IMG/VR virus record: IMGVR_UViG_3300003973_000001
Coordinates: 64,001-127,323 of that record
Source of the DNA: a virus
Taxonomy: Duplodnaviria; Heunggongvirae; Uroviricota; Caudoviricetes
Reading direction: 5' to 3' (one strand)
Length of the DNA stretch: 63,323 nucleotides
The position numbers and the translations under genes were made by a program. Below are positions 56,173 through 63,323 of the stretch, one piece after another (position 1 is the first letter of the stretch; each line of letters opens with the position of its first letter). The notes under the pieces were generated by a model. The model ran no database searches and had not been told where the DNA came from. It saw nothing but the letters and a program-made list of their open reading frames with translations.

Positions 56173-58262
56173 ATAATGAGGTCAAAATTCCAGATGAGAA
56201 TGGTAGACTTCAGTATCACAAAGACAAAGAGGCAGTTCACTCATACTTCCTAGACCATGTAAATGAAAAGATGCGTTACTTCCACGATAGAGAAGAACAA
56301 CTTGATTACATGTTTAAAAATGACTACTATGATAAGGCTATTTTCGACCAGTATTCATCAGCAGAGGTTAATGAAATCTTCAGCATGATTTATGGAGAGA
56401 AATTCCGATTCCAGTCATTTATGAGTGCTTATAAATTCTATAACAACTATGCTTTAAAAGACAATAAGGGCATTAAGTATCTAGAGCGATACGAAGACCG
56501 ATTGGCGGTAGTAGCATTATTCTTAGCAAGAGGTAACTTTGAAAAAGCACAAGAGTTTGCTGAAGTACTTGTTAAACAAGGGTATCAACCTGCTACACCA
56601 ACATTCTTAAATGCAGGACGCTCAAGAGCAGGGGAATTAGTATCATGTTTCCTAATCGAAGTTCCAGATAGCACAGAAGGTATTATGTATGCAACTGAAG
56701 CATCTGCTCAACTTAGTCGTATGGGTGGCGGAGTAGCACTTAACCTATCTAAACTGCGCGGTGCAGGAGATTCAATTAAGGATATCGAAGACGTATCTAC
56801 TTCAATCGTTGGTATTGCTAAGATTCTAGAAGGTGTATTCAATAAGTTTAATCAGCTTGGACAGCGACAAGGTAGCGGTGCTGTGTACTTAAACGTATTC
56901 CATAGTGACGTTATGGACTTACTAGATACAAAGAAAATCAATGTCGATGACAATATTCGTCTTAAAACGTTGTCTGTAGGATTAATCATGCCAGATAAGT
57001 TCTATGAATTAGCAGAGAAGAATGAGCCATACTTTACGTTCTATCCTTACAGCGTGTTTAAGGAATATGGCATTCACTTAGACGACATGGATATGAGTGT
57101 TATGTACGATGTGCTATTAAACAATCCTAACGTTCGTAAAAAGCAGATGATGAATCCTCGTAAGTTCTTAACAGAGATTGCTAAGACTCAAATTGAGAGT
57201 GGCTATCCATACCTTATGAACCGAGACAACGTTAAGAAAGCTCACTTGCTGAATGATATTGGCGAAGTAAAAATGTCAAATTTATGCGTAGAAATCCTTC
57301 AACTTCAGCTTCCAAGTGATATTCAAAGCTACAAAGGTGTAGATACATTTGGTAGAGATATATCTTGCAACTTAGGCTCATTAAACATTGTAAGTGTTAT
57401 GGAATCTGGTATCTTTGCAAAAACTGTACGAGCATCAATGGATATGCTTAACGCGGTAGCGGATATGACTTCTATTAATGAAGTTCCTACTGTTAAAGAA
57501 GCTAATGACGACTTCCATTCTGTTGGATTGGGTGCAATGAACCTACATGGTTACCTTGCTAAGAACTCTATCTCATATGAATCTGAAGAGGCGAAAGATT
57601 TTGCAAATACATTCTTTATGATGGTTCGATTCTATGCCTTACAGCGCTCTATGGAGATTGCTAGAGAGAAAGGTACTGAAAAGAAGAGTAAGCCATTTAA
57701 AGGATTCGAAAAGTCGGATTACGCAAAAGGTACTGCATTAACAAAGTATATCAAGAATAGTTATGCTCCTAAAACAGCTAAAGTAGCTCAGTTATTTGAA
57801 GGAATCTATATTCCAAATCAAACTGACTGGAGCAACCTAAATCATGACATTATGACTCATGGTATCTATAATGCTTATATTATGGCAATCGCTCCAACTG
57901 GCTCAATTTCATACGTACACAACGCTACTCCATCGGTCATGCCGATTGTAGAGAAGATTGAGACAAGAACATATGGAGATTCAACAACGCATTATCCAAT
58001 GCCATATCTATCTCCTAAGACATTCTGGTTCTACAAATCAGCTTATGACATGGATATGTTCAAGGTAATCGACCTTATTGCAACGATTCAAGAACACGTT
58101 GACCAAGGTATTTCATTCACATTATTCGTAGATGGAGATGAGATTACTACTGGTAAACTCGCTAGAAATTACATTTACGCTCATAAGAAGGGTATTAAAA
58201 CACTGTACTACACTCGTACTAAGAAGTCTTCAAATGAAGAATGCTTATCTTGCGTAGTCTGA
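56151..58262 (+). CDS. nrdE: Class Ib ribonucleotide reductase alpha subunit
   Basis: PATPTFLN, SCFL, SNLCVE, APTGSIS, TLYY, C-terminal CxxC. Confidence 0.97.
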   Translation: MAKYIELNNEVKIPDENGRLQYHKDKEAVHSYFLDHVNEKMRYFHDREEQLDYMFKNDYYDKAIFDQYSSAEVNEIFSMIYGEKFRFQSFMSAYKFYNNYALKDNKGIKYLERYEDRLAVVALFLARGNFEKAQEFAEVLVKQGYQPATPTFLNAGRSRAGELVSCFLIEVPDSTEGIMYATEASAQLSRMGGGVALNLSKLRGAGDSIKDIEDVSTSIVGIAKILEGVFNKFNQLGQRQGSGAVYLNVFHSDVMDLLDTKKINVDDNIRLKTLSVGLIMPDKFYELAEKNEPYFTFYPYSVFKEYGIHLDDMDMSVMYDVLLNNPNVRKKQMMNPRKFLTEIAKTQIESGYPYLMNRDNVKKAHLLNDIGEVKMSNLCVEILQLQLPSDIQSYKGVDTFGRDISCNLGSLNIVSVMESGIFAKTVRASMDMLNAVADMTSINEVPTVKEANDDFHSVGLGAMNLHGYLAKNSISYESEEAKDFANTFFMMVRFYALQRSMEIAREKGTEKKSKPFKGFEKSDYAKGTALTKYIKNSYAPKTAKVAQLFEGIYIPNQTDWSNLNHDIMTHGIYNAYIMAIAPTGSISYVHNATPSVMPIVEKIETRTYGDSTTHYPMPYLSPKTFWFYKSAYDMDMFKVIDLIATIQEHVDQGISFTLFVDGDEITTGKLARNYIYAHKKGIKTLYYTRTKKSSNEECLSCVV

Positions 58263-58325
58263 TAAAAGAGGGGATTACTTTTAATCCCCTTAAACTAAAG
58301 TATTGCAGAGGGGTAATTAATAAAC

Positions 58326-59297
58326 ATGACAAAACGAATTCATAAGGCAGTAAATTGGAATAAGAAAACAGATGACTTTACATTGATGTTCTGGAAGCAG
58401 AATATTGCTCAAATGTGGACGGACGAAGAGTTCTCTCCTGCAAAGGATGAATCAGATTGGGCGAAGCTATCTCCACAGCAACAGGATGTTTACAAGAAAG
58501 TATTGGCAGGGTTAACTCTATTAGATACAAAGCAATCTGAAGTAGGTATGCCATGTATCAAGCGACATATTGAAGATTCACAGCGTAAAGGTGTTCTATC
58601 ATTTATGGAGTTTATGGAAGCGATGCATGCAAAATCGTATTCTACTATCTTTACAACATTGCTACCAGACCACGAGATTTCCGATATCTTAGAAGAGTTT
58701 GTAGAGAGTAACCAATACCTGCAATACAAAGCAGAACATATCTCTCATTACTATGAAAATATCACATCTAAGAAGTCTCTATATCTAGCTATGGTGGCAT
58801 CAGTATTCCTAGAAAGCTTCTTATTCTATAGTGGATTCTTCTATCCATTATATCTAGCAGGACAAGGACGTATGGTGGCTTCTGGGGAGATTATCAATCT
58901 TATTTTACGTGATGAGTCAATTCATGGGGTTTATATCTCAATGTTAGCGCAAGAGTTGTATCAAGAACTGTCTCCACAAGAGCAAGAGGAAGTAGATTAT
59001 GAGACTAAAGCATTGCTAGAAGAATTAATGGAGAATGAACTGAAGTATACAGAAGAGATTTACGCTCCAATTAACCTTGACCATGATGTGAAGAACTTCC
59101 TTTACTACAATGCGAACAAAGCAATGATGAACTTAGGAAAAGAGCCTCAGTATGAAGAGAAGAAAATCAACCCAATCGTAATGAACGGATTAAGCACAGA
59201 AGGTAAGAACCATGACTTCTTCTCAGTAAAAGGTAACAGCTATGTTAAGGCTGTACATGAAGATTTAACAGACGCAGATTTCGTATTCGCTATCTAG
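58326..59297 (+). CDS. nrdF: Class Ib ribonucleotide reductase beta subunit
   Basis: EAMHAKSY, ESFLFYSGF, RDESIHG, NHDFFS. Confidence 0.97.
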   Translation: MTKRIHKAVNWNKKTDDFTLMFWKQNIAQMWTDEEFSPAKDESDWAKLSPQQQDVYKKVLAGLTLLDTKQSEVGMPCIKRHIEDSQRKGVLSFMEFMEAMHAKSYSTIFTTLLPDHEISDILEEFVESNQYLQYKAEHISHYYENITSKKSLYLAMVASVFLESFLFYSGFFYPLYLAGQGRMVASGEIINLILRDESIHGVYISMLAQELYQELSPQEQEEVDYETKALLEELMENELKYTEEIYAPINLDHDVKNFLYYNANKAMMNLGKEPQYEEKKINPIVMNGLSTEGKNHDFFSVKGNSYVKAVHEDLTDADFVFAI

Positions 59298-59314
59298 AGG
59301 TATGGAGGTATGAG

Positions 59315-59530
59315 ATGAACAAGAAATTATTGATTCATATAAGAAATGAATTCTTTAAAGAATTAGGAGCGATGCGTTGGAAGAGAGCTTTATTTTGCTC
59401 CTTCTGTATTGCTTGCATATGGAGCTTCGCAGATTTCTTAAGTGGAAGCTTGTCACCTAATCTATGGCACGATTTACTATGCCTCATACTTGGAATAGTA
59501 GTTGAAAGACTGCTTCCTTGGGGCAAATAA
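59315..59530 (+). CDS. Small membrane protein
   Basis: Two hydrophobic helices. Confidence 0.55.
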   Translation: MNKKLLIHIRNEFFKELGAMRWKRALFCSFCIACIWSFADFLSGSLSPNLWHDLLCLILGIVVERLLPWGK

Positions 59531-59595
59531 TACGCGATTTAATATGTAATTTTTATATAACTAACAAAACAATCGAAAAGGGGATTTATCCAACT

Positions 59596-59868
59596 ATGAA
59601 ACTAATTAAATTTGAACAAGACAACTGTACACCATGCAAAATGTTAGCAAAGGCTCTTAAGGAAGACTTTGGAAAAGTAATCGAAGTAGATGAGGTTCAC
59701 AACCTTACTACAGGTAATGATGATACGTTTATGTTAGCAGGAGAATTTGGTATTGAGAAAACACCTGTATTACTATTACTTGATGACAATGGTAAGGAAA
59801 TTGACCGTCATAAAGGCGTAGGCATTACTGGAGTATCACGAGTATTATCTCAGCGAGGACTAATTTAA
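59596..59868 (+). CDS. Thioredoxin/NrdH-like redoxin
   Basis: CTPC; TPV cis-Pro motif; follows nrdF. Confidence 0.85.
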   Translation: MKLIKFEQDNCTPCKMLAKALKEDFGKVIEVDEVHNLTTGNDDTFMLAGEFGIEKTPVLLLLDDNGKEIDRHKGVGITGVSRVLSQRGLI

Positions 59869-60116
59869 TGAATAAGCATATCAATATCAAATTCCAAGAA
59901 GGCACAGTTCAAGAGCATGGTGTAAATGGCGCACAAATTGAGGATGTAATTGATACATTAGTAGAACGACTAGAAGGATTCCAGAAGGGTGGACATCCTT
60001 GTAGAGAGAATGCATTGGCTATTACTAAGCTAGAAGAGGCTAGAATGTGGCTAAATGAGCGCACACGTAAGCGTCAAGAGCAAGGTGTAGAAGGCAAGTA
60101 TAAGAATCACAAGTAA
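59868..60116 (+). CDS. tad1: Tad1-family signal-sponge-like protein
   Basis: IKFQ.G......G....D......RL..FQ.G...RENA.A.T..EEA.MW.N.R...R...V.G pattern. Confidence 0.65.
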   Translation: MNKHINIKFQEGTVQEHGVNGAQIEDVIDTLVERLEGFQKGGHPCRENALAITKLEEARMWLNERTRKRQEQGVEGKYKNHK

Positions 60117-60120
60117 CTTA

Positions 60121-60149
60121 ATAGGGAGATTCAGTTCTCCCTATTTTTT
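60121..60149 (+). terminator. Intrinsic terminator
   Basis: ATAGGGAGA/TCTCCCTAT plus U tract. Confidence 0.8.
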
Positions 60150-60176
60150 ATACCTATAAGAAGAGGAGAAATCGAT

Positions 60177-60578
60177 ATGAAAAAGGGATTAGAATTATTT
60201 GAGGAAGTATTTGGAGAAGAAATTACGATTGAAGAGGTTCGAGGAGAAGAGGTAGAGGGAGTTGAAATCTCGTATGAGAATGAATTCCATAATGGATGGT
60301 GGATTTATCAAGATGTAATCGTAGATTATAAGGGCAAGAAATACTCATTTGAATATAGAGAGCATTCATCAGACAATTGCTGTGACAACGACTGCTACAT
60401 TAATACGTTTATGGAGATTAAGAAGTCTTATAAGTTAGAATTAAGCGAAGATGAGTATAACTTAATTCGTTGGATGTGTGAGGGGTCTTATTATTCAGCA
60501 AAAGACGATGGAAATGAAGAAAAGATGAAGGATGTAAATAGGCTAGAAAACAAGCTAATTGAGCTATATTTAAAATAA
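60177..60578 (+). CDS. Hypothetical acidic protein
   Basis: GAGGAG RBS. Confidence 0.7.
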   Translation: MKKGLELFEEVFGEEITIEEVRGEEVEGVEISYENEFHNGWWIYQDVIVDYKGKKYSFEYREHSSDNCCDNDCYINTFMEIKKSYKLELSEDEYNLIRWMCEGSYYSAKDDGNEEKMKDVNRLENKLIELYLK

Positions 60579-60600
60579 AACAAAAGATTTGCGAAAAGTG

Positions 60601-60629
60601 TTGACCTGTCTCACTATCATGTGTATAAT
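60601..60629 (+). promoter_or_regulatory. sigmaA promoter flanked by two motif A copies
   Basis: TTGACC-17-TATAAT; motif A at 60576 and 60645. Confidence 0.8.
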
Positions 60630-60691
60630 CAAGTTATAAGTTACTTAAACAAAAGTATTGCAAAATAGATGAACTTACAGGAGGAAATATA

Positions 60692-61789
60692 ATGTCTAAA
60701 ACAGTAGATATATTAAAGGATACAGGAGTATCAGCAGATTGGAAGACGGTAATGGGTACGGAAGAAGCATTGGTGGCGAAGGAATTTGCTGATGAGAAGG
60801 TTAAGGAGTTCTCCCACAACGATTTAGATGGAGTAGGGTGCGGTGTCGTAACTTTAATGGCACATCCAACAGCAGACATCGAATATTGTGCTTATCACGA
60901 TATTAACGATAGAGTTAAAGCGTTTATTATGACTAAGGGTTACGAGATGTACGACAGAATCTTCATCACAGATATCTCAGTAAACGAAGAGGTTGCAGAA
61001 CTAATTCAAGTATACTGTCCAGACAAGGTTATCTTACTAGACCATCATGGAACTGCAAAATGGCTAAATAAGTACGATTGGGCATCAGTTCAAGAAGAAG
61101 GCGTTTACGGTATTAATAGTGGAACAAACATGATATTCGATTATCTAGTATCTCAAGGACACTTCAAAGGTGAACGATATCAAGATGCATTAACTATCTT
61201 CGTAGAGATGGTAAGACGTTATGATTCATGGGAATGGAAGAACGTATATAATGACCAAAATCCAATGCAGTTGAACAATCTATTCTTCTTAGTTGGTGTC
61301 AATAAATTTGTAAAAAGATATGTAGACCGATTCAATACACTTGATTTATTCACTGTTTGCGAAGGATATTGGATGGAAATGTTCGATGAGACAGATGTTG
61401 CAGTATTAACAATCGATAACAATAAGAAGGAAGCCTACATTAAGCGTAAAGAGAAGCAAATGATTAAGGCTAATCTGATTGGATATGATGTTGGCGTGGT
61501 ATTCGCAGAGCAATATATCAGTGAATTAGGGAACGAGCTATCTGAGAGAAATCAAGACTTAGAGTTTATTGTTATCATAGATATGGGAGCTAAGAAAGTG
61601 TCTTATCGTACAATTCATGCCCATATCAATCTAGGTACAGATGTAGCAGGATTCTATGGCGGTGGCGGTCACCCTAAAGCATCTGGAAGCATGTTTGATG
61701 AGCGAGCATTGAAATGGGTGTACAAAATCATATTCGGTCTAGGGTTTATCGGAAAATTCAAAAAGATTGTTGACAGATTTAAAAAGTAG
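60692..61789 (+). CDS. DHH/DHHA1 phosphoesterase (NrnA/NrnB-like)
   Basis: HNDLDG, ITD, LDHH, GGGGHPKASG. Confidence 0.9.
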   Translation: MSKTVDILKDTGVSADWKTVMGTEEALVAKEFADEKVKEFSHNDLDGVGCGVVTLMAHPTADIEYCAYHDINDRVKAFIMTKGYEMYDRIFITDISVNEEVAELIQVYCPDKVILLDHHGTAKWLNKYDWASVQEEGVYGINSGTNMIFDYLVSQGHFKGERYQDALTIFVEMVRRYDSWEWKNVYNDQNPMQLNNLFFLVGVNKFVKRYVDRFNTLDLFTVCEGYWMEMFDETDVAVLTIDNNKKEAYIKRKEKQMIKANLIGYDVGVVFAEQYISELGNELSERNQDLEFIVIIDMGAKKVSYRTIHAHINLGTDVAGFYGGGGHPKASGSMFDERALKWVYKIIFGLGFIGKFKKIVDRFKK

Positions 61790-62076
61790 TAGTACAATAG
61801 GAGGTGAGGTTAATAATTAATTTTTAATCTCACCTTAAGCAAAAGATTTGCAAGAGGAGGTGGAAGGAATACTAATAGAAAAGGAGATTCATTATGAAAG
61901 AAATGATTAAACAATGGGAAACAAGCGAGATTGTAGATTTCCTAAATTCATATAATAGAGTTTTAGAAGTACATAAAGAGGTATCAGAGCCTTGGAAGGC
62001 ATGGTACGAAGTAGCAAAACAAGAACTTGATAGCAGAAGCTCGTTAATGGCAATGCTATATAAATAGGAGGTCGCT

Positions 62077-62355
62077 ATGAAGCTAGATATCTTAAACAAC
62101 ATACTACATCAGAATCTTACTTTAGAAGAAGGCGATGTAATTATCACCCATGAAAGTAATAGATATAGACATTATCAGCTTATCAAGGATTTAGAGACAG
62201 ATAAGTATAGACTGCTTCGACTTGAAACGTTTGTGGTATTAGCAACGTTCACATCTGAAGAGCCAGAGGATGCAATTAAATACTTAAAAGAGGCATTGTC
62301 AATGAATATAGTAGCGGTCATTCGCTCCAAGAATATTAAAATGGGGTTAGTATAA
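62077..62355 (+). CDS. Hypothetical protein
   Basis: GGAGG RBS. Confidence 0.65.
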   Translation: MKLDILNNILHQNLTLEEGDVIITHESNRYRHYQLIKDLETDKYRLLRLETFVVLATFTSEEPEDAIKYLKEALSMNIVAVIRSKNIKMGLV

Positions 62356-62687
62356 TGGTAGTTGACTATAAGCAGATTATCGTAAACGTAATAGTTAAGG
62401 ACGACAGACAGATGAATCATTACTTTAAACTATTTAAATTCATGATAGGCGAAGACAAGGTTACTAAAGTAGTAAAGCATAGTGGTTTAGGTTGCAGTAG
62501 CATAGATATGCATACGGACAAGATTATAATGAGGTTTTTTGTTGGAACTCAGGGATTAAGAGGTTATAGAGCGCACTACGTAATCAATTTTATTCAAAAC
62601 GAGCAATTTCATCATGAAGTGGCTTTACCAATGACTAATATATGGAGCTTGTTAGACCCAGAGCAGTATCCAGAATTAGTAGATTAA
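62355..62687 (+). CDS. Hypothetical protein
   Basis: TAATG coupling. Confidence 0.65.
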   Translation: MVVDYKQIIVNVIVKDDRQMNHYFKLFKFMIGEDKVTKVVKHSGLGCSSIDMHTDKIIMRFFVGTQGLRGYRAHYVINFIQNEQFHHEVALPMTNIWSLLDPEQYPELVD

Positions 62688-62706
62688 GCACTAGGAGGCA
62701 ATTATT

Positions 62707-63087
62707 ATGACAGCATCAATCGAACCAGTATTACTAGGAGAGTTTTACGGATGGGACGAAGGCAGAACTGGAGCAGATTTAATCGCACATCAATTCCAAG
62801 AGAAGGAAGAGTATATCGGAAGCCTGCAAATCTTATTAGCATCATATGAGACTGACCTCAGTGACGGAGAAGCGTTTGTACTCTTCTTGGAGGATGGAAA
62901 GATGTATGAAGTTCATGGAAGTCACTGTTCATGCTATGGGCTAGAAAGTCAATGGAATCCAGAAGAGACTACGATTGAGGAACTAGAGTTTCGATTAAAC
63001 AATGGTGGCGGTTCTGACGCTTGGAGAATTGAGTTATTACTGATGTTAGAAAAGCTGAAAGAGATTGAGGCAGGAGCAATTAACTAA
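62707..63087 (+). CDS. Conserved phage hypothetical protein
   Basis: EVHGSHCSCYGLE motif; GGAGG RBS. Confidence 0.75.
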   Translation: MTASIEPVLLGEFYGWDEGRTGADLIAHQFQEKEEYIGSLQILLASYETDLSDGEAFVLFLEDGKMYEVHGSHCSCYGLESQWNPEETTIEELEFRLNNGGGSDAWRIELLLMLEKLKEIEAGAIN

Positions 63088-63155
63088 ACACCTATAATTT
63101 CATTTACCGTAAGGGTAATAATAGAAAAATAGTTATAAAATAGGAGGATTTAACG

Positions 63156-63197
63156 ATGATGGGTGTTTTTGCCCATCCCCTCGAAAAGGGGGAATAG
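63156..63197 (+). CDS. Candidate 13-aa leader peptide
   Basis: AGGAGG RBS; MMGVFAHPLEKGE. Confidence 0.35.
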   Translation: MMGVFAHPLEKGE

Positions 63198-63277
63198 CAA
63201 AAAAATAGTGGCAAAACCCTTATAGGGGTCACACGACCCAAAAAAGAAAATTGTACGTTAAGGAATATTTTTACATA

Positions 63278-63315
63278 AAAAGACGATTCTTTTCTATATT
63301 AAAGAGTCGTCTTTT
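63278..63315. terminator. Strong, possibly bidirectional terminator
   Basis: AAAAGACGATTCTTT/AAAGAGTCGTCTTTT stem. Confidence 0.8.
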
Positions 63316-63323
63316 CATCTTTT

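Larger units (their letters stand above)
848..61852 (+). repeat. Dispersed 18-bp motif A, TTAA(A/G)CAAAAG(TA/AT)TT(G/A)CA, about 36 copies; putative repressor operator
   Basis: Starts: 848(-),1181,2710,7537,10341,14156,14597,16059,16426,17091,18549,21013,21859,22793,29493,30106,30996,31620,31708,33003,34080,36451,36627,41244,42603,44578,47820,48573,53017,53371,55645,55743,58290,60576,60645,61835. Confidence 0.9.

Noticed and set aside
44965-59297. Group I introns or inteins in dnaE, nrdE and nrdF (common in SPbeta-like phages)
   Set aside because: The ORFs are continuous and of normal length, with no intein splice motifs or homing endonuclease; the short dnaE insertion is not intein-like
2285-60800. 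Other CTGATGA heptamers as hammerheads (around 2289, 9408, 11566, 16670, 49554, 60789)
   Set aside because: Inside coding sequence, and I found no matching GAAA core or flanking stems
1181-61852. Motif A as a degenerate LexA box (AAAC-N4-GTAT)
   Set aside because: Lacks GAAC/GTTC, is asymmetric and strand-biased; true LexA boxes occur separately at 22813 and 22850
1267-62420. All minus-strand ORFs in the track and nested + strand alternative-frame ORFs
   Set aside because: Shadow frames of well-supported + strand genes or of structured RNA, with no RBS or recognisable motifs
1-63323. tRNA/rRNA genes, parS and dif sites
   Set aside because: No cloverleaf or T-loop consensus, and no parS palindrome or dif consensus, found on reading; tRNAscan-SE would confirm

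Overview
This 63.3-kb AT-rich window looks like the left arm of a large temperate Bacillus (probably B. cereus-group) siphophage with SPbeta-like or Tsamsa-like gene content; this lineage call is by recognition only, with no search run. All credible genes lie on the + strand. (1) 1-1600 is non-coding: a low-complexity terminus-like tract, a leftward promoter, an inverted pair of DnaA boxes around an AT-rich core, and a long structured leader with two near-identical RNA hairpins. (2) 1606-14550 holds about 30 small early or host-takeover-type genes (GP88-like, SprT-like) and an intergenic type II hammerhead ribozyme. (3) 15017-18389 is a control module with two tyrosine-recombinase-derived proteins, one MrpR/YopR-like, plus four Spo0A boxes. 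(4) 18865-31614 has a ligase, 3D-domain protein, dNMP kinase, a LexA-box promoter, methyltransferase, TerC, vWA, SLOG and PQ-loop genes. (5) 31797-63087 covers replication and nucleotide metabolism (SSB-like, AAA ATPase, helicase, primase, tdk, nuclease, dnaE, dut, recD2, nrdIEF, thioredoxin) plus Tad1-like, DarA_C-like and DHH proteins. Four dispersed intergenic motif families occur, the main one TTAA(A/G)CAAAAG(TA/AT)TTGCA in about 36 copies. No structural genes, tRNAs, CRISPR arrays, introns or inteins were seen. All coordinates were counted by hand.
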